Source of the DNA: Lingula anatina
Lineage: Eukaryota; Animalia; Brachiopoda
DNA length: 64,000 nt
Direction: 5' to 3'
Assembly: GCA_051362555.1 (NCBI GenBank)
Contig: CM120640.1
Span: 66,504,788-66,568,787, forward strand
Shown: piece by piece, positions 26,078 through 39,100 of the stretch
Numbering within the stretch: the stretch's first letter is position 1
Layout of the letters: each line of letters begins with the position of its first letter
Program-made: the position numbers and the translations under genes
Notes under the pieces: generated by a model
The model's database searches: none
The model's input: the letters and a program-made list of their open reading frames with translations, nothing else
Told to the model about the DNA's origin: nothing

Positions 26078-28323
26078 GAGAGAGAGAAATACGAGCAGTG
26101 TATTTTTAAATATTTAATATATCCAAATATTTTACTTAATTAAATTATATATAAAGAATATACTGGGCTGCTATTGTATTGCTAATGTGCTTATAGGAGT
26201 AGTCACGTTATGGCCTTGTTTGGTAGAATGAAATATGGATTCTTGTGGCCATCTGACAGGCTTGCGTGAACACATGCATAATAAAATGATAATATGTTGG
26301 AGTTTTTGTACATATTAAAGCTGCTTGTTTTCTTTTGTTTTGTTGCTCATAGCATTGATTTGACCTGAGTGCACTGAAATTCAAAAGGGAATCCATGCTT
26401 TTAAATAGTCAATAACTTAGATGTTCCAATTACATAAGCCTTTATTCTTGCCTTATAGATCTATATTAAATTGGTTACATTTTTATATTGAAATTGTGAC
26501 AAAGATAAATCATCAGTTATATATAAATTTATGTGTATGTATGTTTGCATATATTTCTGCATATAGTTATTTATGTTGATATGAAAAAAACCATACTTGA
26601 GGGATTATTTCATAATATACTTTACTTCAACATATATACATGTTAAGGTTTGGTGCATAATGTCATGATTTATCATTACTTTGGCTTGTTTGGTGACTGG
26701 GTTAGCTGCAGCTATGAAATTGATATTTGTCATCTTGAGAAAAACATGAAACAGCTATTAAGGGGAGGAATATTTTGTCTTTGTTCACTGTTTTTTTCCT
26801 AGATAGGATATTTACAGGAGCGGATCCAGAGATATTTCCTGAGAGTCTTCCAAATTATCTTTGTTGATCCATCCTCCATTTTTGACCGTCTTCCGACAGA
26901 AAAAAATTATATACCTGTCAATGGAAACTTGAAAATCTGACCATCTTCTGGAAGACCCAGAAGACGGCCTGAATCCGCCCCTGATTTATATAAGAGCATG
27001 TCTTACATTTTTCAGATATGAGTACCACTGGTGTGATGGTTCACAATACAAGAAGCCCACAGCCCTACCAGCCCCTGTCTATATAGCCTTACTTATGGAC
27101 TGGGTAGAGGCACAGATTAACAATGAAAACATATTCCCGGTCAAAGTTGGTGAGTGTGCTGCTCAAACATTATAAAATAGCAAAAGAGGGCTATAACTAT
27201 CTTTGTTAAGTATAAAAGGATAATGCCAATTGTGGTAGGTGAGACAGGCAATGATCCAGTTAATGTCTCCTTTTCATTGTAGCACAATACATTTCCTCCA
27301 GTTATTATAATGCTTCTTTTTCAAAATATGTATATATGTTTATTTTTAAATGCCATTAATTTTATAATTTACAGTATTAACTTTCTTATGTTTCTTCTTC
27401 ATTAGGTATGATTCATAGAAATTATCTCATATAATATTGCTATCCTGATTAAGATATACCCAATTTTTTATAGGTACTTCATTTCCTAAAAATTACATGT
27501 CGGTCTGTAAGAAGATGCTGACCAGACTTTTTCGAGTATTTGTCCATGTTTACATTCACCACTTTGACAAACTATTGGCCATTGGTGCAGTAAGTACAGA
27601 TATTTGCCTAAGATGTAACAATTTCAATCATTGGAAATAATGTGCGAATCCTGTTGGTATAAGCCATGAATTATGCAGTGCAAAAAAAAAGCATCTGGTA
27701 ACATGTTGAACTGCAATTATCATAAGGTCAGCATTTGTATTTACAATTCATCTTTGAATCTTTACCTAATAATTCTCTTTCTTTGTCACAGGAAGCTCAT
27801 GTGAACACTTGCTACAAACACTTCTACTACTTTGTTACTGAATACAACCTGGTGGAGAAAAAGGAGTTAGAACCACTTGTGAGTATAGTCTGTTGTTTCA
27901 CGGACTGATCAACATGAAATATGACCCCCTCCCCCACTTCCTAAATCTGCCCTTTTTACATGAAATTGAATGTAGGTGTATTAGTGAGGTGGATCAGATG
28001 TGTTAACTGTGTTACTCTTTATTTACTAGATGTGTTTGTTAATAATTGTCTAATTTATTGCATCATATATTGAATCCTTTAAACATGAATTGATTGGCAT
28101 ATACATTATTTCAAACTTTTTGTGCAAAAGTATGATGCCACAATATTATACATGTAAATTGCTTTTCTGAAACCATTAATCCCCATAGAAAGAAATACCT
28201 ACATTTTCATACACAAAATATCTTTCTAATTGGGAAATTGGCATTGCTATTGTTTGTCAGTGATTTACCAATGGTGTCTTTTTGTGCTTCCAGAAAGAGA
28301 TGACTGAACGTCTATGTCATTGA
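15418..28323 (+). CDS. MOB3: MOB kinase activator 3 (7 exons, ~216 aa)
   Basis: Exons 15418-15456, 19119-19269, 19878-19971, 27016-27149, 27474-27589, 27792-27878, 28294-28323, all GT-AG and in phase. Protein [32 protein letters not shown]...[25 protein letters not shown]...[12 protein letters not shown]...[14 protein letters not shown]...[14 protein letters not shown]...KEMTERLCH* is typical of the MOB3 subfamily. An in-frame upstream ATG exists at 15391. Confidence 0.95.
18165..18369. mobile_element. Foldback MITE (TA TSD)
   Basis: Long imperfect palindrome (CTCCCTGGGGAATCTCACTAAATT...AATTTAGTGAGACTCCCCAGGGAG); TA|AGGGACCATTCCC...CTAGTCT|TA; related to the copies at 42290, 52917, 54085 and 57412. 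Confidence 0.7.
19309..19443. mobile_element. Small palindromic MITE-like element in MOB3 intron 2
   Basis: Inverted arms TACCCT..GGGCCACAGATTGATTTTT..ATATTCA / TGAATAT..AAAAAATCTATCTGTGGCCC..AGGGTA. Confidence 0.55.
20575..20986 (-). mobile_element. Short HINE-like element carrying a nested MITE
   Basis: Terminal hairpin ACCTCCTTGATGGAGGT (20965-20981) followed by an A-run. Its arm CTTGATGGAGGT is the reverse complement (11/12) of ACCTCCACCAAG at ~20587. CAAACAAACAGA microsatellite next to the hairpin. Confidence 0.55.
20630..20798. mobile_element. MITE with CAGG termini and a 5-bp TSD
   Basis: TIR CAGG(G/C)CCGTAGCCAG; TSD AATTA on both sides; 169 bp. Confidence 0.75.
22220..25858 (+). mobile_element. 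Compound HINE-like element (two 5' ends, two 3' ends) in MOB3 intron 3
   Basis: 5' hairpin at 22225, a second truncated 5' end at 23851, and 3' ends (TGTCTGTACATTTGACAGCTTTGCTGCCTTGT) at ~24908 and ~25858. (GCCGAT)n microsatellite at ~22287-22323; ~159-bp units at 22421/22580/22742; ~401-bp units at 22805/23206. Confidence 0.8.
26027..26087. repeat. (AT)n(AG)n compound microsatellite
   Basis: Direct reading. Confidence 0.95.
26815..26983. mobile_element. MITE with CAGG termini and a 5-bp TSD
   Basis: CAGGAGCGGATCCAG...TGAATCCGCCCCTG; TSD ATTTA; 169 bp; same family as 30542-30709 in the opposite orientation; ends 32 bp before MOB3 exon 4. Confidence 0.8.
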
Positions 28324-30363
28324 TTGTGAAACTTTGCAACAAGCAACTTGGAGATAAAAACCACACTCAGCTTGCAGTGTCTCAGTTTGTCAGAGACGTA
28401 TCCTGGTGCTCATCATCTGTATGGATATTTTAGAAAGGTGTCATGTTCCTTGACTGAGACCGCTCTTTTAAATCATGTTTATGGAGAGATGCTGTGTTAT
28501 TTTTCATATATCTGGCATGCTGATTTGTATAGTGTACTGTACTTTGATGCAAGCACATTTTACTGCAGGAATTGATGCACTGAATAAATATTCAAGGATC
28601 TTGAACTAGGGAAGATCGGGAAGCCATTTGTTGGGGAATGATTTCAGAAGAAAAAATAACACTTATATTGCATGAGCAGTGTTTTTTATTTGCTTGTTAG
28701 TGTAATTGTCCATCATACTTTGAGTATTAAGGCAAGCACGCAGACATTACAACCAGTTATATCTGCAACAGTGGGCACTGACTTTTTTAAGTAAAATGCC
28801 TGTGCTGTAAGAAATGTTTCTGTGGCACATGTTGGTTTATATGATATTAATTTTATAGTGTTATTTAATGTAAATGAAAAGAATAGGTACTTATTAGGGC
28901 ATATATAAGTTGAAGTTGGCATATTAGATGGGAAATTATGATATCCTTATATCTGTATCACGAAAGACTTATGTATATAGACCCTTTAGTTTCACTGTAA
29001 AGGTGAACAATTGAAGATAGAAAATTTAAGTCAACCTTTTATGAAAAGCTGACTTCTTTTTATTTGTAAGGAAATGTCTGCAATGACAGGAGCTCATTTT
29101 CACCTGTAATTTCAAATCAAGAGTGACTTCATTTCTCTTAGCTGATTTAGTAGATCTACCAGGGGCAAGCATAATATCTATTATTATCTATTCAAGTTGT
29201 CTGAAGTCAGATACCTTGCTTGAAATGGCATGTTAATTTCAGTTTTGGTGACTGGTCCTAGAGAGTTGAAACCAACAACCTGTTTTTGTTCTCATTTACT
29301 ATACACGTTTTTTGTTCTTTAAATCATACTGTCTTTAAGGAAAAGGATTTGTTGATTAATCAGCATATAACTAGTCAGCAGGTTTGTAAAATCAGTTTTT
29401 GTAAACACAAAGATTCTGTGCTAGTCTTTATACCACATTATATACATTGGCATATTTCTACAGTGATGATTACTGAAAAATTGAAAGGATGTAGTTCCTT
29501 GCTTTTGTGCCCTCATGATGCAAAATTTCGTAAAAACAAATTTCGATCTCTTGATTTACTGAGAGTCAAGAACAATGTGGAAATATCATCTTGGGTATGA
29601 AGTTGAAAGGAATTATAGCCCTAATAGTGATACTTTGTTTTGTTGATTTAAAAAATGGGTTGTGTGAATGTTAAACTTTTTCTTATGAACTCTACATTTT
29701 TATGCTGGCAGTGAAGCATTCCACGTATTGTATAACATTGCTCAAAGTGTTGTCACTGTTGTGTTCGTGTAGCACCTTTGGGCACATGTTATCACTAGCA
29801 GCTTACAGATATCCAAGGATTGGATAGTGCAACTCTCACAGTGTGTATAACTGCTTACATTTTGGATTGAAAACAAATGGTTTGTTATACAATATGCTTG
29901 CACTATACTTTGCTGAGATGTTTATTACTTTCTGGGTTCTGGTAGGCACTTTTGTGTACAGGTCACTTTGTCATGACACACAATCCATAGCAAAATCATA
30001 CAGTATTCATTACCAGATGAACTGCACTTGAGCAGCAATTTCTATTATTTCTTTCATATTATGTTAAATGGCAAAGTTCGGGAGTGGTGGTTGTTTATTT
30101 GAAGACTGGGTAGTACAGATTTTTACATTAAGAGCCATAGATAAGAATTTGAAGTTATAAGTATATGTAGGTAGCTGCTTACTGGTATATACCTATAATG
30201 TGGATGTAATGTCAGCATTGTAAAGCCTCCATTGTTGCCAAACTGTTATATGATTTCTAAATTGTTAGTATGTAGATGGGAGCATAAAAGAAGTATAATC
30301 ATGTATTATGTTTATGGATGTATTATGTATACACATATAAATTGTCTGGATGTTAAATCAAGA

Positions 30364-30369
30364 AATAAA
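30364..30369 (+). terminator. Candidate polyadenylation signal of MOB3 (~2-kb 3' UTR)
   Basis: AATAAA followed by GT/T-rich sequence at the end of an AT-rich UTR-like stretch. An earlier AATAAA at ~28583 is an alternative. Confidence 0.4.
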
Positions 30370-30541
30370 TTAGTTACATAACATTGTAAATATTGTTTTG
30401 ATCACTAGTTGTTATTCATTTTCAAACACAATGGTTGAGGACATTTGACTTTGACTGTTCATATTATAAAATTGTATCTTGAAGGAACGAAGCATTCAGC
30501 ACCATCTTCTCTCAAAATGCACTAGTCTCATATGTCCACAC

Positions 30542-30709
30542 CAGGGGCAGATTGAGGCCGTCTTCTGGGTCTTCTGGAAGACGGTCAGATTTTCAAGTTT
30601 ACATTGACGGGTATCTAATTTTTTCTGTCAGAAGACGATCAAAAGTAGAGGATGGATCAACAAAGAAAATTTGGAAGATGGTCAGAAAATAGCTCTGGAT
30701 CTGCCCCTG
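30542..30709. mobile_element. MITE with CAGG termini and a 5-bp TSD
   Basis: CAGGGGCAGATTGAGG...CTGGATCTGCCCCTG; TSD CACAC; 168 bp; reverse-complement homologue of 26815-26983. Confidence 0.8.
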
Positions 30710-32997
30710 CACACTTTGGTGTAGGGTTACATTTGCTTCTTGCTTAAAGCAGCACTCGAGTCTCAAAATCAAAATTTTGAAGAACAATCACTCAATCATT
30801 AGTAAATTTAAGACAGTCTTATACCTGTATCACTCTGTGACAGAAGAATGGAAAAAGTGAAGGTTGTGTGAAAGACATATTATCATTCACTGAAATGTGT
30901 CAAGCACATTCTCATTTCACTTCTTAATTTTGTAAAACAAACTAGTAGAACATCAAGCATTCATATCAACATGCCAAGGTGTTTTAAGAAATGACTGGAC
31001 TCGTACCCGCCTCCCTAACTTACCATAGGGGGCTAGAGGAAATAAGGTGGTTTGGATCTATTTTGGAAATTTAAAGATACAATCTCACACAGGACTGGCT
31101 CCTGTAATGAGTTTCAGTTGTGATGATAACATCCAAGATGTTGCAGCAGTGTCACAGTGTAGCTGTAACCACAAAAGATCGAGATACGTGTACTGAGAAA
31201 GTTTTATAGAAAACTCTTGGGGTGCAACAAAGTCTAAATTTGGAACAAAAGTTTAATTACTGTTTTATCTAAGAAGACAAATGATCTATTGACAACCAAC
31301 AACAGACATTTTTTATGAAAGTTCTTTATTGCCATTTTTGTTAAACATGTATTTCTAATTCATCTAAAGTAGGTGTAAAATATATAAATAATTTAGGTTG
31401 ATAGCTGAATTCATTGCTTAGGCTAAACAGTCTTGATTGTTCAATTCAGAGATAATTCATCAATTTACAGTGGTATTTTACATATTTACATAAAAATATG
31501 TTCAAATACTTCATGGACAAGGCAGAGGTATAAAAATCACATCCAAGCTAAAAGACAATGGACTTTGTGTTAAATCAAAGTAAAATATTTACCCCAGGAA
31601 TGAGAACAATGAAAGCATGTGTAAGAGATACAAGAAATAATTTGAAGAATGGTAATCTTATTAATCTGCTTCACCTTGTAAAAGTCACCTCTTGCTACCA
31701 TACCATAAATTAATTATATCCAACAAGAACTTGGGCAAATAAAGTTATACAAATGAAGCATAAAACATTTCCACCCTTTTTTACACTGATAGGTGCAGAG
31801 AAAATTTAATGGAGATGAATAACTTCACTTCAAACAAGGCGCAAGTGAGATTTTATTGTATTTTTGCAACAGTTAGAGTTTAAAATATGAAATAAGATTT
31901 TAATGATTGGTCTTACTCCATTATAAATTATACTATCAACTAACACTAAAAGGTTGTAGGTCAGGAAAGGGATGTTCTTGGTTTCACCTAGTTGCTTCTA
32001 TTTACAAAAAAATCATATCAACAATACACTAAAACTAAGGAAGCAGGTTATTGCCTTATAGAGAAATGCATGCTGTATTACTAAAGCTCATAACACATTA
32101 TACATTTGCCACTTCATCTAAATTGGTTTTGAAAATAAAAAAACACATCAAACATAGTTTCTATCTATCAAATGAATGTGCTTAATATAATTCTAATGTA
32201 GCCTGCAGTATCCCCATCATATAATTGAGAACATCATCATTTACTACATAGAGATCTTTTGGATTTTGTATTGTATGGATATTGTAACCCTTTATTATCA
32301 TCCAGATGCTGAAAATGGCTTTTTTTCTGAGTCTAATGATTCAATAATGCATGGTGATCATGGGTACTCAGGTAAAAGAGAAATTTGAGAAACCAATTTT
32401 TCAGTTTTTGCCCCAAAATTGCAATTATGATGTCACCCATAAGATGACATATGTGTAAATGTTCATTAATTTAGTCACCATACACTGAAGATTCATTTAT
32501 TACCAAAAAGAATGTATGTAAGGCAGTAAATAAGGAGTTTTGAATGAAGGGTGACAATATCCTAAAGATCTTAAAAGATTTAACTGTGGCAGCATGACAC
32601 TCAGTAATGGATCTCATTAAACAGGAAGCTTAAAATTTCATAACTGAAGCAAGAATTGGCACAACAGCATGAAAAAACAACATATATATCTGAAAAATGT
32701 CAGTAATGTTATCCTTTCTTGACATAAAAGGGTTTATTGTATTAAAATGTTTTAAAAATATGCTATGAGCAATGACGGTTAAAAAAGATAATGAATATGA
32801 CCTGCTGTAATTCAGCACTTCCTGATGAGCTAAAAATTCACTATCAAATATAATCTTCCATTGACTAGTTCTCTTCACATATTATCAAACAGAGCTTGTA
32901 CAGTTTACATTAAGATATTCATCATGGGGAATCATGGATGCTTCAGTTTCTGTTTCCAGTTGCTGTAAAATTCTACAAGTTCCTAAAATCCTTGTGT

Positions 32998-33091
32998 CTA
33001 CAGTTCATCTGGTTTGGGTGGTGGTGCTGGTTTTATAGTTTCTAGAGCTTTCTTCATTGATAATACAACTGTAAACAGAGTTACACAAAAA

Positions 33092-33138
<47 letters not shown>

Positions 33139-36100
33139 GTTTTTTGATCATAATCACATTATCCAAATTAGGTGATCTGAACTCACTCTTTTCTAAGTTA
33201 ATTGGATTGACAAGTTCATGAATAAAGAGACAAGGCAGAATGGCTATACTCACTATCAGCTGTCTGTGGGTAGTAATATTTATAATTAGCATTGCCATTC
33301 TCATTTATCAGATCTTGCTGGACATCCCCTTTGCTATCTGAAAAAGTAAAACTACAAAAACTGAGAAAAAGGGGGCAATCAAGTGCAATTTTGTAAGTTT
33401 ATAAAAATTCAAACACATAAAATGCTAACTGAATTATGTAGTACCGCAGACCATTGAGAGAATATACATGAAGTTGAAATTATATAAAATATATTCTTAG
33501 GTTGATATGCCCATAGAATTATGATTACAATCTTCCAAGGAACGGGTAAAATATGCATGGCCATTGCATATGTATCTGAAAAGTTGATCATTTTTCCCCA
33601 TTGAAAAAATCAAACCATTACTGTACATATACATAAATATTAAAAATCTATTTGATTTTCTCAAAACTTACTTAAAAATAATATCCTTGGTATATAACCA
33701 CCATCAGGAGCATACTTTTGATCCCCCGGCTCCTCGTCATCCTGAATGAAAAACAAAACCATTATCTCCGAAAACTCAAATGATAATTTTTATCAGAAAA
33801 GCCATATTTTATATGATACTTCACTTTCGAAAGAGGAAGGGGGATAAAAATAGTCATAGGTTATCACATGAAATAATCCATTTTTAACCAAGAGAAAAAC
33901 TTTATCTAATATAATAAAAAAAAAGTTCATCAACCCACCTCTACATTCACCATAATGAACTTGGTCCCAAGCTCAGCTATTCCTTTATCCTTAGCAAAAT
34001 TAGGCTTCAGTGCTATATACAAATAGAACAAAACTGTGTTAATTTTTCTATTTCTTTACACATGTAAATACTATAAAACTCTTTTCAAACTTAAAAAAAA
34101 TTACACAGCAGATATACAAACACTGTCATAATCCTGAAAAATTAGATAGCACTTTTTCACTTCAGAGATTTTTCTTTTTAATGCCATGATTGAATTCAAT
34201 AATATTCTTGTTTAAATCCATTTTTAAATCAAAGTACCTTTACAAGCACCACACCATGACTTATGGATAACCAGCATCAAAGGTTTACTCCTAGAAAGAA
34301 AAATGATAGTGAAGAATAGTGTTAATTTATTTTTTATTCCCCCCATGCTTGTTTTGTGAAGGTCTCTGGGCCCAGATGTAAATAACAGTTTTAAATTTCA
34401 TCATTATATAAGTCATGCATTTTTTACTTTAGAGATGTGGAAACTTGTCTTTCATTAGCATTTATAATTCTGGCAGTAGGAATATAAATATATCATCATT
34501 ACAGTTATATATGTCATATGTTACTTTTTATAACCCCCCAAAGCAAAACTGGTAGCCTAAAACAATACTATTATTGATTTTTTTTTTTTTTTTTTCATTT
34601 TTGGATTATGGCATTAAAGGGTTTGCTTCATGCCGTCAGAATGGCCTGAACGGAACATATTCTTCAGAAAACATGCCCAACTAACGATATCTTTATCCAA
34701 ATACACAAATTAAAAGCTCATTTTGTAAATTTTTGGCTTTAAAAAACGTCCTATTTGCTCGGCCTGGGAGTTAATGAGCTACGTGGTCACGTGGTCCAAT
34801 GACGACAATCGAGCCACTGGAGAACAGAGCGTGCTTAGCTGTCAAACTGAGCTGCATTGTCTACCTGTAAGATGACTTCTCTGGCTTCTGATAAAAGTTT
34901 ATACACATTCAAATCTCTTACCCGAGGGGTCTAAATCCTCGTGAAGCTGTGTAAAACCATTTCCCGTCTAGTCATTTCTATAAACAAGCATTTCATTATG
35001 GTTATCCCAAGTTGTATAAAACACTGCATTTGAATGAGTTAAGGGAAATGTTGATTATTGCGTATGAGGTCCATGTTATTTGTGAAATTCAATTTATTTT
35101 ATTAAACCGCTGACACTCCGTCTTGCATACTTTTATTAAACTGAGGTAAACAATGCCCGTTACCTTTACAAGTCCTATCTTAATCATCCATCTAACTGGA
35201 ACTTCCTTTACCTCTTAATTAGAGGGTTAAATGGCATTCAATTTGTCTTGCTTGTATCGAACGCACTCTCTATCTAAGCTTTACTCCAGTTATCTCAGGT
35301 AAAAATCTACCTGTGCGTTAGTTACAAAGCGCAGCTCCCGTAGACCTGGGGGTACTAGATAAAATCTGAACACCAGGTTTATCGAGGAGCTAGAGAAAGA
35401 AAGGAAGAATTTTTCCTGCACAACTTCATAGGAATTTTAACACGGACTTGATCCAGCTTAGACCTCCAAACTAACAGGGTGACATGGGCAATTTTCACAA
35501 ACAAATCATAAAACTATATTTCAGTTAACCGCCTTTAAAATAAATATACCGTTCTGGGTAAATTAAAATAGTTATTAAATCGCAAGAATATTTTTGACTT
35601 AAATGATTTTATTATTAATGGAAATTAAGCTACTATATGAGGTACATTTGCTGTGATTACGCTGTCCTTCATGTTTTGCGTAAGTCTACATTTTGCTGTA
35701 TGTGCTTGTAATCTTTTTAAATATGTGCGTACAATTTTTGCAGGTCTGGTTACCCCCCTGTTATGTGATGAGAGTATTAATTTGGCAATTAGTTCCTTAG
35801 CTTATTTGAATAGAATTGCAGTGTAAAATTTTCAACAAGATGTTGGCGAAATAGCCCATTACTCTTTGTAGGTATTTCCCCCGTCAAAGTTTGTCTAAAA
35901 TTATCTTTCAATCTTTACTCTTTCAAAGACAGTATAAAGTTACCTGACATATTTTCGTGTAAACTTAATGACAAGCCAAGTGTCTCCAGTTCATTGCGTA
36001 CTCAATTTTACCCAAGCAAATTTTTTTCTTGAGTAGATCTTTATAGCACGGTGTTATAAGCTTACAAATTTGCAAAAAAAAAATTGCGTACTGACGCAGA

Positions 36101-39100
36101 ATTTGCGTTTCAAGTTATAAAATAATCAATCTTTTAAATTATTTAATATTTCAGATGAAATAATCATCAGAAACAAATCCTCAAAGCATAAACGAATTAG
36201 GATAACGAACCATTTTATTATAGCAGTTCCCATTTTTTCTTTAATATAACACTCTTTTTCCTGTTTTTCCTCAACACGTTTTCTTCCACGGAAGCTTCAA
36301 GATACCCTGAGAGCAATTTCTTTTATTAATGTTCGCGACCGTGTTTGAACTTCATTGTTTAAGTATTGATATTTAACGTCATTTACAAATACCAATAAAA
36401 TAACCCCATGAAATAAATGAGATATATTGAAAAATATGAAAGCCCACCAAGACGAGTTTCATACCTGTTATTACCTGGCTTGGGAATTGCAGCGGTGCAT
36501 AATTAACAGGTTTGTTGTAAACGAGCTTTTGGTCAACTACAAAGCATTTAAAATGCATCAGCAATCAGTAAGTTGGCCAACTGATGACAGTTAATCTGAA
36601 AGACTACCAGCTCTTGATATGATCTAAACCACCTGAGGTGACCATGATCTAGAGCATCGCAACTATTGTCACCGAAGTTAGTAAGTAAGTCACGGAAGAC
36701 CGTCACAGACAAAGAAAGATTGTCAACGAGAGCTGCAATTTTGGTGAATCCCACGGCAACACACCGAGGCATAACGAAAATTCCTCAACTCCGTTCAACA
36801 CAACTTTCCTTAACTTCTCCGTCTGTATGCACCATGCAGCTCAGTTGAGTCTCATAGACCTTTATCGTGATTGTCGTCACAGTACCACGTGACCCAGATC
36901 TGTTGCTTCATTTTTGCATATTGAGGTGAGGTTTACTAAAACGCTTTTTTTTCTACTAATACATTGTTTTTATAATTTTTAAATGGCGGGGATCGATTAA
37001 AACATACCTCTAGTGTATAGATTGAGTGCTGTATCTTCAAAATTCGAGAAATGGATTTTTACATGAACATTGTCCTTTAATGATATAAAACAGCAGCCTA
37101 ACCTTAGCCCAACCGATTTTTTTTCAAACCAGTTATTACTCTAAATGTGGCATGCTGGTTTATACAAAGAAATAATGCACAGGCATACAGTGACATATGT
37201 CACTACAGCCCGGGAGCCACCGGCTCATATGACGGTTATTTTGGAGAACTTTAGATTTGGCCTCGTTTTCAAAACCTGAAGCGGCGGCCTACCCAGATAT
37301 GGCGGGAGAAGCAGGCATAGAGACAGGTAAGATGAACAGGCGTTTATACGCTGATATGTTGATAATTTTACTAATGCACTTGACAGAACGATAAAGTATA
37401 TTCTCAAGCTATGTTTTATATACCAAAGTAGTGTTTAAGTATCGGTTTCACTGAATCTTCTGTCAAGTTACTGTCGTGTTCCAAAATGGCGGCACACAGA
37501 ACCCAATTGTAAACACGTTCTTTTGAATTGTGCCAAATGCAGATAACAGTGATTTTTCTTTATCTGTTCAGTTTTTTTAATAGTTTGACATTTGATTTTG
37601 AACAGGTAAAAAATTTAGGTAGGAACCTAACCTGTAACTTATTGATTTTCTACATTTCCGACAGGTAGTATATTTTGCAATGTTCAGTGTAACTACATGG
37701 GCAGTCTTGTGTTACATCTTGAATGAATGTCGAAGTTAAATATTGAATTTTTGCATTTTCATGCAATTTTTTTGTGTTTTGAAGTTAACTAGATTAAATA
37801 CTTCATGAAATGACAGTGTATGTGGTTGGGGCGATCACAGTAGAGTGAATTGTGGGGGCAGTCTTGCCTCATGTCTTGTATGAATGTCACAATAAAATAT
37901 TGAGTATTTGCCTTCTTATGCTTTTTTTTTTGTGCTTTGATGTTTATTAATAGAAATGGCTCGCAAAATGACATGTAGTATACTTGATTCTGTATAGATA
38001 GATATATAATGAGAGGGGGATAGGTCACTTTTGAATTTGAGGATATGAAAGCCATTTTTTAGATATTCTGCATATTCCTTTTCATGCTATTTCTTTGCAT
38101 TTTGATTTAAGTAAGATGAAAAAAAACAAAAATAAAGTAATATTTTGAAATTTCCATGAAAAAGGAGTGAAACTTGTATAAACTGATAAAAAATATTTAT
38201 CAGTTATTTATTATTATCATGTACAAGAATGCCCAAAAAACAATTATAACAATTAAGATGTCAGTGTTACAAAGCTGAATATACATGTACATTGCCAAGT
38301 AGTGAGTAGCTTTTCATATCAATTTGTTGGTATATATCACTTGAACATATTTTTTTATTTTATCATAAAGTGAATAATATATCATGCCCAAGAGAAAGCT
38401 TAGCTAGGACATTTACCCATGTGTTTTCCTTGTGGTCCAAGTCCAAGGTGTGGGAAAGTCGATTTATAGTTGTTGGATGTTGATGTCAGTGAAAAGCAGT
38501 GTTATCTGCCCTGCATGTGTGTGCATGGTATGAGTGTGGGGCCACACATGCTTGTAAATTATAGTTGTGAAAGATACAAAATTGAAAACCAACCACAAGC
38601 ATCTTTTTAAAAATATGAATAACAAATTTTGACTTTTAACATGTTTGCCCCTTTGGCAGGGTACAAATGTACAGTACGATATCAATATGGGGGAAAACTT
38701 GTTAGTCAAAATAAGTTTTATTACATTTTTACCCCCATTTGTTGACCATTTGCAATACATACGTGCATACTGTGCATCATAAAATGCCAAGTGCTATAAC
38801 ATTGTGTATATGTTTTCAAATTGTGATAGCCATCATAGGCAAATTTTTGTTAGAAGGAACAGTTTATTTTTGTTTAAAATCTCCCACACACACAAACACA
38901 TAGGTTATAAGTATGTGAGGGAAAAATGTTTCATGAAAAAAAGAACATTATATTAACAAAATTCCTCCTTTGTTTTAACTTATAAATATTGTGTACCAGT
39001 ACAATAATTAGTGTATTATAGTTGTGAACACTGTAGTTTGTAGACTTCAGAGCTTCATTTAAATGGGAATTTAATTGATTTGAAGATTAGCATGTTTGCC

